A DNA stretch of 64,000 nucleotides, from NCBI GenBank assembly GCA_963762305.1, contig CAVXKM010000002.1, forward strand, positions 367,777 to 431,776, written 5' to 3'. Position numbers and translations under genes: made by a program. Positions within the stretch are counted from its first letter, which is position 1, and each line of letters opens with the position of its first letter. This document shows positions 39,675-49,287 of this stretch, piece by piece. Below the pieces are notes generated by a model. The model was not told the origin of the DNA. It searched no databases and saw only the letters and a list, made by a program, of their open reading frames with translations. The DNA comes from an uncultured Spirochaetota bacterium (GTDB taxonomy: Bacteria; Spirochaetota; UBA4802; UBA5368).

Positions 39675-40247
39675 ATGCGCCAAGAGCTGAACGGTTTTCT
39701 ACGGGAAAGAAAAAATTCCATTCTCGCGCGATGGTACCGCCTCATCCTGTCCACCTATCCGCCCGAGTCATCCTCCTTCATCAGCAGCGCGCCGGCGCCC
39801 GTGAATCCCGCCCGGCTCATCCTCTCCTCCGCCGCGGAGGGCCTCTATGACGAACTCACCGGCGACATGGATGAAAAGGGGATCGTATCGTCGATGGAGG
39901 ACCTTATAAGGCTCCGTGCCGTTCAGGATTTCACCGCATCCCGTGCCGTGGCATTCGTCTTCCTCCTCAAGCAGGCCATACTCGGAGAGATGGAGGACAT
40001 GGACTCCCCTTCCCTTCCCGCGCTTGAGCTCGACGATATCGCTTCCAAAATAGACCGCATGGCACTCATCGCCTTCGACGAGTACGTCAATTGCAGGGAA
40101 CGAATGAGGGAATTGAGGGAAAAGGAATCCCGGAGGCGCAACTTCCGGGCGGATAAAAATCCCGGCATGGAAGAGGCACAAGCACGCGGCATGTCGCGCG
40201 GTTCACCTTGTTCCGACGGCCGGACCGGAGAGGACGGGGCCTCATGA
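39675..40247 (+). CDS. dsrT: DsrT-like small protein (RsbRD-N-like helical domain), first gene of the dsrMKJOP operon
   Basis: 190 aa. N-terminus ILARWYRLILSTYPPESSSFISSAPAPVNPARLIL. Its stop overlaps the dsrM start (ATGA at 40244-40247). Confidence 0.45.
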   Translation: MRQELNGFLRERKNSILARWYRLILSTYPPESSSFISSAPAPVNPARLILSSAAEGLYDELTGDMDEKGIVSSMEDLIRLRAVQDFTASRAVAFVFLLKQAILGEMEDMDSPSLPALELDDIASKIDRMALIAFDEYVNCRERMRELREKESRRRNFRADKNPGMEEAQARGMSRGSPCSDGRTGEDGAS

Positions 40248-41245
40248 AAGCGGCCGTTTCCATCCTCCCGGTGCTCTTCTTGGCGCTCGTGGCTGCGTTG
40301 GCAGCCTACATCCCGGCCCTGCACGGGCCCTTTCTCATCGTGTTTCCCTACTGCGCCGTAACGATCTTCATGACGGGCCTTATATATCGGATCGTGCTCT
40401 GGGCCCGTTCCCCGGTCCCGTTCCCCATAGCCCTCACGGGCGGCCAACAGGGTTCGCTCCCGTGGGTGAAACCGGACCGGCTGGACAACCCGGGGACGCC
40501 GTTAAAGGCGGCCTTGAGGGTGCTCCTTGACGTCCTTTTCTTCCGCCCCCTGTTCCGGAACACGGAAAGCCGAATCCTGGAAAATTCGCGGCTCGCCTAC
40601 GCCTCCAGCAAGTGGTTGTGGGCGGGCGCCATGGCCTTCCACTGGTCGCTCCTTGCGATTTTGCTTCGCCATCTCAGGTTCTTCACCGAGCCTATACCGG
40701 GCTTCGTACTTTTCCTCCAGGGGCTCGACGGCTTATTCGACGTGGGAACGCCCGTGCTGTACATCAGCACCATGGCGTTTCTCGTCTCGCTCGCGTACCT
40801 GTTTACACGTCGCCTCGCGGCGCCCCAGGTCCGCGCCATCTCCCTGCACTCCGATTATTTCGCGCTCCTCCTCATCGGGGCCATCGCCCTCAGCGGCATC
40901 ATCATGCGCCATTTTCTGAAAACGGACGTCCGGGCGGCCAAGAAACTCGTAATGAGCCTCGTGGCCTTCAATCCCGCGATCCCTGACGGCACGGGCCCCC
41001 TGCTCTTCATCCACGTGTTCCTTGTCTGCGCGCTGCTCGCCTTTTTCCCATTCAGCAAGCTCATGCACATGCCCGGCGTCTTCCTCTCGCCCGTGAAAAA
41101 CCTCATCGGTGCCAGCCGCTCGCGCCGGCATGAGAACCCCTGGAACCCTCCCGTGAAGGTCCATGGCTATCCTGAATGGGAGAAGGAATTCGCCGAACGC
41201 CTCAGGGCGTCCGGTTACCCGATGGAAGAGGAGCGGGATGGCTGA
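40244..41245 (+). CDS. dsrM: DsrM, membrane-bound dihaem cytochrome b (NarI family)
   Basis: ~333 aa with 5-6 TM helices and conserved His residues. It is followed by dsrK, coupled by an 8-nt overlap. Confidence 0.8.
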   Translation: MKAAVSILPVLFLALVAALAAYIPALHGPFLIVFPYCAVTIFMTGLIYRIVLWARSPVPFPIALTGGQQGSLPWVKPDRLDNPGTPLKAALRVLLDVLFFRPLFRNTESRILENSRLAYASSKWLWAGAMAFHWSLLAILLRHLRFFTEPIPGFVLFLQGLDGLFDVGTPVLYISTMAFLVSLAYLFTRRLAAPQVRAISLHSDYFALLLIGAIALSGIIMRHFLKTDVRAAKKLVMSLVAFNPAIPDGTGPLLFIHVFLVCALLAFFPFSKLMHMPGVFLSPVKNLIGASRSRRHENPWNPPVKVHGYPEWEKEFAERLRASGYPMEEERDG

Positions 41246-42854
41246 CGGGAGGGACAAGCTCAACCTTCTGGATATAAGCCACCGGCCCTCGGGGAAGGGC
41301 TGGATGGACACCAAGCCCGTCTTCCGGAAAGGCACCTACTGCTATGCCGGCGTGAAAAAGCACGCCGAATACCTCGGCTTGCCCAATCCCCGCGAATGGC
41401 AGCCCCATGACGCCGACTGGAAGCTCCCGGAGAACTGGAAGGACACCGTCCTCCGGGGAATGGAGGAGCGCCTGAGTCGGTACCGCTCCCTCAGGCTTTT
41501 CATGGACATCTGCGTCCGGTGCGGCGCCTGCGCCGACAAGTGCCATTACTTCATCGGGTCCGGCGACCCGAAGAACATGCCCGTCCTCAGGGCGGAGCTT
41601 TTACGCTCGGTCTACAGGAGGCACTTCACCGCGGCCGGCAGGCTGCTGGGCAGGCTCGCGGGAGCACGCGAGCTCACCGAGGACGTCCTCAGGGAGTGGT
41701 TCTACTATTTCTACCAGTGCTCCGAGTGCAGGCGCTGCGCGGTGTTCTGCCCCTACGGCATCGACACGGCGGAGATCACCATGCTGGGGAGGGAACTGCT
41801 CAATCTGGTGGGCCTGAACATCAACTGGATCGTGGAGCCCGCGGCCAACTGCCACCGGACGGGCAACCACCTCGGCATCCAGCCGCACACGTTCAGGGAC
41901 AATATCGAGTTCGCCGTGGATGAGATAGAGGAACTGACGGGGGTCCGGGTGTCCCCCTCGATCAATCGCAAGGGCGCCGAGGTGCTGTTCGTCATTCCCT
42001 CGGCCGACATCTTCGCCGACCCGCACATCTTCACCTTCTACGGATACCTGATGCTGTTCCACGAGATAGGGCTCGATTACACCCTGAGCGCCTATGCCTC
42101 CGAGGGCGGTAACTTCGGCCTCTTCCTTTCAAACGATCTCATGAAGCGCCTCAACGCCAAGCTGTACGCCGAGGCCCGCCGCCTGGGCGTCAGGTGGATC
42201 ATGGGCGGCGAATGCGGCCACATGTGGCGCGTGCTCCACCAGTACACGGACACAATGAACGGCCCGGCCGACTTCCTCGAGGTGCCCTCCTCCCCGGTCA
42301 CGGGAACCAGGTTCGAGCACGCCCGCTCCGCGAAGCTGCTGCACATCTGCGAGTTCACCGCCGACCTGGTACACCATGGAAAGCTTGCCCTCGACCCTTC
42401 CCGCAACAACGGATGGCGGCTGACCTTCCATGACTCGTGCAACACCTCCAGGGCCATGGGCCTGCTGGAGGAGCCCCGCCTCATCATCAGGAGCGCCTGC
42501 AACCATTTCCACGAGATGCCGGAGGAAACCATCCGCGAGCGGACCTTCTGCTGCGGCAGCGGTTCCGGGTTGGGCACCGACGAGAACCTCGAGATGCGCC
42601 TGCGCGGGGGGCTCCCTCGGGCGAGCGCCGTGAAACACGTCCGCGAACGGCACGGCGTCAACATGCTGGCATGCATATGCGCGATCGACAAGGCAACGCT
42701 TCCGACGCTCATGGACTACTGGGTCCCCGGCGTCGGCGTCTGCGGCGTGCACGAGCTGGTCGGCAACGCGCTCGTCATGCGGGGCGAAAAGGCCCGCACG
42801 AGCAACCTCAGGGGAGACCCGCTTTCCGCCGGGGAGGCCGCCGAGAATGTATGA
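41238..42854 (+). CDS. dsrK: DsrK, HdrD-like Fe-S/CCG-domain catalytic subunit
   Basis: Two 4Fe-4S ferredoxin motifs (CVRCGACADKC, CSECRRCAVFCP). CCG domains (FHDSCN..., FCCGSGSG). 538 aa. Confidence 0.85.
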   Translation: MADGRDKLNLLDISHRPSGKGWMDTKPVFRKGTYCYAGVKKHAEYLGLPNPREWQPHDADWKLPENWKDTVLRGMEERLSRYRSLRLFMDICVRCGACADKCHYFIGSGDPKNMPVLRAELLRSVYRRHFTAAGRLLGRLAGARELTEDVLREWFYYFYQCSECRRCAVFCPYGIDTAEITMLGRELLNLVGLNINWIVEPAANCHRTGNHLGIQPHTFRDNIEFAVDEIEELTGVRVSPSINRKGAEVLFVIPSADIFADPHIFTFYGYLMLFHEIGLDYTLSAYASEGGNFGLFLSNDLMKRLNAKLYAEARRLGVRWIMGGECGHMWRVLHQYTDTMNGPADFLEVPSSPVTGTRFEHARSAKLLHICEFTADLVHHGKLALDPSRNNGWRLTFHDSCNTSRAMGLLEEPRLIIRSACNHFHEMPEETIRERTFCCGSGSGLGTDENLEMRLRGGLPRASAVKHVRERHGVNMLACICAIDKATLPTLMDYWVPGVGVCGVHELVGNALVMRGEKARTSNLRGDPLSAGEAAENV

Positions 42855-43239
42855 TTCCTCTAAAATAGTGCCGGGTATTATAGCCTTCGTCGCCCTTGCG
42901 ACTTTTCCCCTGTGGTACAACACGGCCGTCGGCGTCCATACGGTGAAAGACCCCCTGCTGCCCGCCGGGAAGAAGGAGTGCGTGCGACCCGCCGGCTACA
43001 TGCGTTCCGATCACATGAACCTGCTCGTCCGGTGGAGGGACGATGTCGTGCGCGAGGGATACCGCGAGCCCGTTTCCGTCGCCGGCGTCGCTTATTCCCG
43101 GAGCCTGACCGGCGCCTGCATGGAATGCCACACCAGCAAGCGCGATTTTTGCGACCGGTGCCATAACTATGCTGGCGTGTCCCCGAAATGCTGGGATTGC
43201 CACATCGCGCCCGAGGAGAAAATCCGTGAAGCTGAGTAG
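42847..43239 (+). CDS. dsrJ: DsrJ, periplasmic trihaem cytochrome c
   Basis: N-terminal membrane anchor plus three CXXCH motifs (CMECH, CDRCH, CWDCH). 130 aa. Confidence 0.8.
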   Translation: MYDSSKIVPGIIAFVALATFPLWYNTAVGVHTVKDPLLPAGKKECVRPAGYMRSDHMNLLVRWRDDVVREGYREPVSVAGVAYSRSLTGACMECHTSKRDFCDRCHNYAGVSPKCWDCHIAPEEKIREAE

Positions 43240-44002
43240 AAAGGAGCTTATAATCCGGGGCGGCCGGGGCTGTGCGCTTCTGTTCGGGGGAGCGGCGGGC
43301 TGGGAATCCGTACTGGGCCGGGAAATCCTAGCCGTGCGGAAAGACGCTGAGCGAAAGCCGCGATGGGCCATGGTCATTGACACAAGGCGCTGCGTGGGAA
43401 AGGGTGACTGCACCGCCTGCGTCGACGCGTGCCACCGCGCTCACAACGTGCCCCGAATCGACGAACCCCGGCATGAAATCAAGTGGATCTGGAAGGAACC
43501 GTTCACCGCGGTAATGCCGGAGCAGGACCACCCCTACCTCGGGGGTTCATTGAAATCCCGGGAGCTTATCGTGCTCTGCAACCACTGTGGTGAACCGCCA
43601 TGCGTGCGAGTCTGCCCTACCGGCGCGACATGGAAGAGGAAGGACGGGATAGTCATGATGGACCAGCACCGCTGCATAGGCTGCCGGTACTGCATGGCGG
43701 CATGCCCCTACGGGGCGCGGAGCTTCAACTGGCTCGACCCGAGGAAATTCATCGAGAAAAAAGAGATTGTCCGCGGCTACCCGACGAGAACGAAAGGAGT
43801 GGTGGAGAAATGCGACCTGTGCGCGGAGCGCATCGACCGCGGGGAGGCCCCAGTGTGCGTGAAGGCATGCGCCGAGGGGGCCCTCCTCTTCGGCGACCTG
43901 CTCGACCCCGGCTCGGCCGTCAGGAACGCGCTCATGAAGGGCCTTGCCCTGCGCCGTAAACCGGAGCTCGGCACGGACCCGGGCATATACTATCTGCTGT
44001 AG
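43226..44002 (+). CDS. dsrO: DsrO, periplasmic 4Fe-4S ferredoxin subunit (NrfC/PsrB family)
   Basis: Four Cys clusters, including CNHCGEPPCVRVCP and CIGCRYCMAACP. GTG start assumed at 43226; the ORF is open from 43169. Confidence 0.8.
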   Translation: MKLSRKELIIRGGRGCALLFGGAAGWESVLGREILAVRKDAERKPRWAMVIDTRRCVGKGDCTACVDACHRAHNVPRIDEPRHEIKWIWKEPFTAVMPEQDHPYLGGSLKSRELIVLCNHCGEPPCVRVCPTGATWKRKDGIVMMDQHRCIGCRYCMAACPYGARSFNWLDPRKFIEKKEIVRGYPTRTKGVVEKCDLCAERIDRGEAPVCVKACAEGALLFGDLLDPGSAVRNALMKGLALRRKPELGTDPGIYYLL

Positions 44003-44065
44003 CGCGCGTCATAAACGCCATGGATACCATTTTGCGACATGAATCGATAGGCGCAGGGGACAGCA

Positions 44066-45220
44066 ATGCTTGAAAAGGCTCTATCGGGCAGCAGGCGGTA
44101 CTGGGTGCTGGTGGCCGCGCTCCTGGCGTGCACCCTTCCGGGCGCCGGCTTTTACCTCGTCCAGCTGCGGGAGGGCCTCGGTGTAACGGGGCTGAGCCGC
44201 GACGTGTCCTGGGGCCTCTATATCGGCCAGTTCACTTTTTTCGTGGGCGTCGCCGCATCGGCGGTGACGGTGGTCCTGCCCTATTACCTGCACGACTACA
44301 GGGCCTTCGCCCGCGTGACGATCCTCGGGGAGTTTCTCGCCGTCTCCGCCGTGGTCGTGTGCGTCCTGTTCATCTTCGTCGACATGGGACAGCCGTTCCG
44401 GATACTGAACGTGCTGATCCATCCCTCGCCCTCGTCCCTCATGTTCTGGGACACCGTCGTCCTGCTCGGATACCTCGTTCTCAATCTGGTCATAGGGTGG
44501 ACGACCCTGGAGTCCGAGAGGATGTCCGCGGCCCCCCCCGCATGGGTGAAGCCTCTCATCTACCTGTCCATTCCGTGGGCCGTCAGCATCCACACGGTCA
44601 CGGCATTCCTCTACGCGGGCCTTCCCGGGAGGCCGTTGTGGCTCACCTCGCTCATGGCGGCCCGTTTCCTTGCCTCGGCATTCTCGTCGGGGGGCGCGAT
44701 TCTTCTCATCACCTGCCTGGTCGTAAAGCGGGTATCGTCCTTCGACCCGGGGGCCGAACCGGTCAGGGCCCTGGCGAGGATAGTCGTTTATTTTCTCGTC
44801 ACGCATCTCTTTTTGTCGGGACTCGAGCTCTTCACGGCCTATTACAGCGCGATCCCCTCCCACATCCGGCCAATAGACCTTCTCCTTTTCGGCCACGCCG
44901 GGACCTCGGTTTTTCCCGGGATGGCCGTGTCCCTCGTCCTCGCGGGACTGGCCGTTCCCGCCCTCGTGACGGGCCTGCTGCGGAAGAACGAAACCGTCCT
45001 GATGATCTCTTCCGCCGTGGCCTTTATGGCCATAGGGATCGAAAAGGGCCTTGTCCTGGTTTACGGCGGTTTCATTCCTTCCCCTCTGGAGCGCGTCACC
45101 GGCTACAGCCCCACCCTGCCGGAAATGTGCATCACGGTATCCGTGTGGTGTGTCGGCCTCCTTGTCCTCGTCTCTCTTGTCACTTTGACACTGCATGTTC
45201 GTGAACAGGAAACCGGATAG
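44066..45220 (+). CDS. dsrP: DsrP, NrfD/PsrC-family integral membrane subunit
   Basis: 384 aa with ~10 TM helices. Position after dsrO. Confidence 0.8.
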   Translation: MLEKALSGSRRYWVLVAALLACTLPGAGFYLVQLREGLGVTGLSRDVSWGLYIGQFTFFVGVAASAVTVVLPYYLHDYRAFARVTILGEFLAVSAVVVCVLFIFVDMGQPFRILNVLIHPSPSSLMFWDTVVLLGYLVLNLVIGWTTLESERMSAAPPAWVKPLIYLSIPWAVSIHTVTAFLYAGLPGRPLWLTSLMAARFLASAFSSGGAILLITCLVVKRVSSFDPGAEPVRALARIVVYFLVTHLFLSGLELFTAYYSAIPSHIRPIDLLLFGHAGTSVFPGMAVSLVLAGLAVPALVTGLLRKNETVLMISSAVAFMAIGIEKGLVLVYGGFIPSPLERVTGYSPTLPEMCITVSVWCVGLLVLVSLVTLTLHVREQETG

Positions 45221-45277
45221 GATCCGGCAGGGTGCTATATTGTTCAGTATGAAGATGGTTTCCCGGAGGATATCACC

Positions 45278-46186
45278 GTGCACGGATACCTGATCCTGTG
45301 TTTTCTATACGCGACAGCCGGCGTATTTTTCGCCGGCCTCGCATACCGGGTGGCAAAGGTCGTCCGGATGCCCCTCAATCTTCGGTGGGAGCTCGCGCCC
45401 GTGCCCCACGAAAAGGACAAGAGCCGGTACGGCGGATCGTACTTCGAGGATTTCGAATGGTGGACGAAGCCGCGAAAGTACGCTCATTTCAACTCGGTCA
45501 AATACATGCTCGGCGAGATATTCCTCCTGCGCGGGATATGGGAGCGGTACCGCGCACTGTGGCCCCTGTCCTTCGCGCTGCATTACGGAATATATCTGAC
45601 GGCAGTCATGGCAGTCTTTGCCGTGATCTCGGTGGTCGCGGATCTCGCCGGCCTGCCCGAAACAGTACCGGTTTTGTCCGGCGCGGCGGGCATACTGGCC
45701 GCCATCGGCTTCACGCTGGGAATTTCGGGCGCTCTGGGGCTGTTGGTGCGGCGGGCAACCAGTCCCGCCTTACGCAACTATACATCCGCCTCGTCTTATT
45801 TCAACCTCGTGCTTCTCTGCGCGGTGTTTATGACCGGCGGCGGCACGCATATTGCCGGATACGATTATATTTACGAATTGCGCTCCGTCATGAGGGCCTT
45901 TCTGACCTTCTCGGCGGACATAGGGCCTTCATCTCCCTTCGCGCTGCACCTCGCGGTGTCGGCGCTCTTCCTGCTTTACCTGCCCTTTTCCGGCATGGCG
46001 CACTTCATAATCAAGTATTTCGCCTTCCACGATATCCGCTGGGCCGACACGCCCATGCAAGACAGCGAGCGGATTTCAAAAAAAATCGGGGCCCAGCTGC
46101 TCTACCCGGTAAGCTGGAAAGCCCCCCATGTAAACGGCTCCCCGCCCCGCCGGGTCGATGCCGTGAACGAAGGGAACAAAAAATGA
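45278..46186 (+). CDS. NarI-family membrane cytochrome b (DsrM/HdrE/HmeC-like paralogue)
   Basis: 302 aa with ~5 TM helices and conserved His residues. Its stop overlaps the start of the HdrD-like gene (ATGA). Confidence 0.7.
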   Translation: MHGYLILCFLYATAGVFFAGLAYRVAKVVRMPLNLRWELAPVPHEKDKSRYGGSYFEDFEWWTKPRKYAHFNSVKYMLGEIFLLRGIWERYRALWPLSFALHYGIYLTAVMAVFAVISVVADLAGLPETVPVLSGAAGILAAIGFTLGISGALGLLVRRATSPALRNYTSASSYFNLVLLCAVFMTGGGTHIAGYDYIYELRSVMRAFLTFSADIGPSSPFALHLAVSALFLLYLPFSGMAHFIIKYFAFHDIRWADTPMQDSERISKKIGAQLLYPVSWKAPHVNGSPPRRVDAVNEGNKK

Positions 46187-47793
46187 GCAAAATCACCACC
46201 ATCGGCGACTTCTGGGAAAAAACGGACGGGCAGCTCACGGAGGCCGGCATTGACGGGCTCCTCCCGCTCCCCCCGCCTTACGATAAGATCGATGACCAGC
46301 CCGGCTGGAAAAAGATCAGCGAAGAGCAAAAGACGGCGATATCCTGCGACCTCGACGGGGTATCCGCCTTGAGCCTGCCCGTGCCTTCCGGGCCCGAGGA
46401 AGAGAAGGCGGCCGTCGACGCTTTCGTCAGCGGTCTCAGGAAACTGCTCAGCAGGGAAAACAACTGGGGCTTTCTGAAGCCGCTGGCCCTGACCATCGAC
46501 TACTGCGCACAGTGCCAGACCTGCGCCGGCTCCTGCCCGATATTCACGGCCAGCGGTCAAAACGAGCTGTACCGGCCGACATACCGCTCTGAGATCTTCC
46601 GGCGCCTTGTCAAGCGCTACGCGCGCCCTTTCGGGAAATTGAGGGCGGCTCTCGGACTTGGTAAGATCGAACTCAACTGGACGGTCCTGAGCAGGCTTTA
46701 CGAATTGAGCTACCGCTGCACCATCTGCCGCAGATGCGCGCAGGCATGCCCGATGGGCCTGGACAACGGCCTGGTGACCCATGAACTGCGAAAGCTTTTC
46801 AGCCAGGAGCTCGGGTGGGCGCCGCGGGAGCTCCACGAGAAAGGGACGGTGCTTCAGCTCGCCGTGGGTTCATCCACCGGCATGAGCCCGAAGGTCGCGA
46901 AGGACAATGTCGGCTTCATCGACGAGGACACGTCGGAAGTCCTGGGCATCGACGTGGTCACGCCATGGGACCGGGAGGGGGCCGAGGTGCTCGTCCTTCA
47001 CAATGCGGGTGAAATACTCTCGTGGCCTGACAACCCCGCCGCCTTCGCCGTTTTGCTGAACGCCGCCGGCGTCGACTGGACCCTCGCGTCCGAGAAACTC
47101 GGGTACGACGGCGTAAACTACGGGCTTTTTTACGACGACGTCCAGCTCGCGCGAATCGCCGTGAGGCACATGCAGGTCGCGAAAAAGCTGAAAGTCAGGA
47201 AAGTGGTGATGGGCGAATGCGGCCATGAACACAAGGCGCTCATGACTATAGCCGACAGGATGCTTCCGCCGGAACTCAACATCCCCCGAGAAAGCTCCAT
47301 CACCTTCCTGGAAAACCTGGTTTTCAGCGGCAAGGTCCGCTTCGATCCAGGACGGAACGATTTCCCGGTCACCCTGCACGACCCCTGCAACATCGTGCGG
47401 AACCTCGGGATCGTGGAACCCCAGCGCCGCATCCTTCGCTACCTCTGCCCGCAGTTCAGGGAGATGACGCCCCATGGAATCGACAACTACTGCTGCGGCG
47501 GCGGGAGCGGCTTCGCAGTCATGTCGGGCAACAACTTCAAGGACTGGAGGGTGAGCGTCGCCGGCAGGATGAAGTTCAAACAGATTCTGGACGCATTTGG
47601 CGACTGTTCCGGTCCGGAAACGAGGAAGTTCGTCTGCGCGCCGTGCTCCAACTGCAAGGGGCAGATCCGGGACATCCTGGATTATTACGGTGCTTACAAA
47701 AAATCGCGCATCGCCTACGGAGGCCTGGTAGAGCTCATCGTGAACGCGATGGCGGACATCAAGACTCCTTTCATCCGGTGGGAGGACCTGTAA
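46183..47793 (+). CDS. HdrD-like Fe-S/CCG-domain protein (DsrK paralogue, HmeD-like)
   Basis: Start at MSKITTIGD. CAQCQTCAGSCP and CTICRRCAQACP ferredoxin motifs. CCG motifs including YCCGGGSG. 536 aa. Confidence 0.8.
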   Translation: MSKITTIGDFWEKTDGQLTEAGIDGLLPLPPPYDKIDDQPGWKKISEEQKTAISCDLDGVSALSLPVPSGPEEEKAAVDAFVSGLRKLLSRENNWGFLKPLALTIDYCAQCQTCAGSCPIFTASGQNELYRPTYRSEIFRRLVKRYARPFGKLRAALGLGKIELNWTVLSRLYELSYRCTICRRCAQACPMGLDNGLVTHELRKLFSQELGWAPRELHEKGTVLQLAVGSSTGMSPKVAKDNVGFIDEDTSEVLGIDVVTPWDREGAEVLVLHNAGEILSWPDNPAAFAVLLNAAGVDWTLASEKLGYDGVNYGLFYDDVQLARIAVRHMQVAKKLKVRKVVMGECGHEHKALMTIADRMLPPELNIPRESSITFLENLVFSGKVRFDPGRNDFPVTLHDPCNIVRNLGIVEPQRRILRYLCPQFREMTPHGIDNYCCGGGSGFAVMSGNNFKDWRVSVAGRMKFKQILDAFGDCSGPETRKFVCAPCSNCKGQIRDILDYYGAYKKSRIAYGGLVELIVNAMADIKTPFIRWEDL

Positions 47794-47884
47794 TAAATCA
47801 TCCCACGGACTTGAATTTCGTATGCCATTGCGAAAACGAAATTCTATTGACAGATGCCGCATTGTCATGAACTAAGTTTATTAT

Positions 47885-47899
47885 ATGAATTATATTCAT
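47885..47899 (+). promoter_or_regulatory. 15-bp palindrome ATGAATTATATTCAT next to TTGACA (47904-47909) in the dsrA upstream region
   Basis: A perfect 6-3-6 inverted repeat ~200 bp upstream of dsrA. A TATAAT hexamer lies at 47995-48000. Confidence 0.35.
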
Positions 47900-48100
47900 T
47901 AAATTGACATGATGACTTGTTTTGCCCATAAGGCTATTTACGAATATTGACGCATTTAAAAGACAAATAGTGATTGTTTAACCGGTAAAAAAGTATAATG
48001 GTCCGATCGTTCCCGAAGAGACAGGACATGGCCGTTATACGCATGCCTGTAAAAGCGGATCATTATCCCTTGACGGTAATAATACCCCTGGAGGTGCAGC

Positions 48101-49264
48101 ATGGCCGGCGACACTCCGCTCCTCGATGACCTTGAGAAAGGCCCCTGGCCGAGCTTCGTGAAGGAGATAAAGCGCGCCGCGGCAAAAAACCCGGCCGCGA
48201 AGGACCTCCTGGGCATCGTGGAGCTTTCCTACAAGGACAGGATCACACACTGGAAGCACGGCGGGATCGTGGGCGTGACCGGGTACGGCGGGGGCGTCAT
48301 AGGACGCTATTCCGACGTCCAGGAGAAATTCCCCAACGCCGAGGCCTTTCACACCGTTCGCGTCAACCACCCCTCCGGCTGGTTCTACACCACCGGGGCG
48401 CTGAGGCAGCTCTGCGACCTGTGGGAAAAATACGGGAGCGGACTCACGAATTTCCACGGCTCCACCGGCGACATCATCCTGCTGGGAACCACGACCGATA
48501 AGATCCAGCCGTGCTTCAACGAGCTCACCGAGATAGGGTTCGACCTCGGGGGGTCCGGGTCGGTGCTCCGGTCGCCCACGGGCTGCGTGGGCCCCGCCCG
48601 GTGCGAGTGGTCCTGCTTCGACACGCTGAACCTCATCTATGACATCACCCAGTCTTTCCAGGACGAGCTGCACAGGCCCCGCTGGCCCTACAAGTTCAAG
48701 ATCAAGGCCTCGGGATGTCCCAACGACTGCGTCGCCGCCATCGCCCGGGCCGACTTCACCATAATCGGGACATGGCGGGACAGCATACGGATAGACCAGG
48801 ACGAGGTGAAAAACTATGCGGCCAAGGGGATGGACATAAAGGCTCTCATCGTCGACCGGTGCCCCAGCAACGCGCTCGACTGGGACGAGAAGACTAAGAA
48901 GCTGACCGTAAGGCCTGATGACTGCGTCCGGTGCATGCACTGCATCAACAAGATGACGAAGGCGGTAAGGCCCGGCGTCGAGAAAGGGGCGACCATCATG
49001 ATAGGCGGCAAGGCCCCCATTCTCAAGGGCGCGTTCCTCTCGTGGGTGCTCATCCCCTTCATCAAGATTGAGCCGCCGTACCAGGAGATAAAAGACCTCC
49101 TCGTCCGGCTCTGGGACTGGTGGGACGAGCACGGGAGGAACAGGGAGCGCATCGCGGAGACAATCTCGAGGCTCGGCCTCAAGGAGTTCCTCAGGGCCAT
49201 GGAGATAAAACCGACGCCGCAGATGGTCTATTATCCCAGGTCCAACCCGTTCATATTCTTTTAA
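48101..49264 (+). CDS. dsrA: dissimilatory sulfite reductase alpha subunit
   Basis: [38 protein letters not shown], a ferredoxin insert (DRCPS...CVRCMHCIN) and a C-terminal NPFIFF align to DsrA. Confidence 0.9.
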   Translation: MAGDTPLLDDLEKGPWPSFVKEIKRAAAKNPAAKDLLGIVELSYKDRITHWKHGGIVGVTGYGGGVIGRYSDVQEKFPNAEAFHTVRVNHPSGWFYTTGALRQLCDLWEKYGSGLTNFHGSTGDIILLGTTTDKIQPCFNELTEIGFDLGGSGSVLRSPTGCVGPARCEWSCFDTLNLIYDITQSFQDELHRPRWPYKFKIKASGCPNDCVAAIARADFTIIGTWRDSIRIDQDEVKNYAAKGMDIKALIVDRCPSNALDWDEKTKKLTVRPDDCVRCMHCINKMTKAVRPGVEKGATIMIGGKAPILKGAFLSWVLIPFIKIEPPYQEIKDLLVRLWDWWDEHGRNRERIAETISRLGLKEFLRAMEIKPTPQMVYYPRSNPFIFF

Positions 49265-49287
49265 CGAGACGACGCGGAGGAGACACC

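Noticed and set aside
44081-45283. 400-aa minus-strand ORF
   Set aside because: Antisense to dsrP. Arg/His/Gly-rich low-complexity product.
45298-46182. N-terminal 295 codons of the 831-aa ORF 45298-47793
   Set aside because: This stretch overlaps the cytochrome-b gene out of frame and is Arg/Pro-rich. The HdrD-like gene starts at the ATG at 46183 (MSKITTIGD), overlapping the upstream stop.
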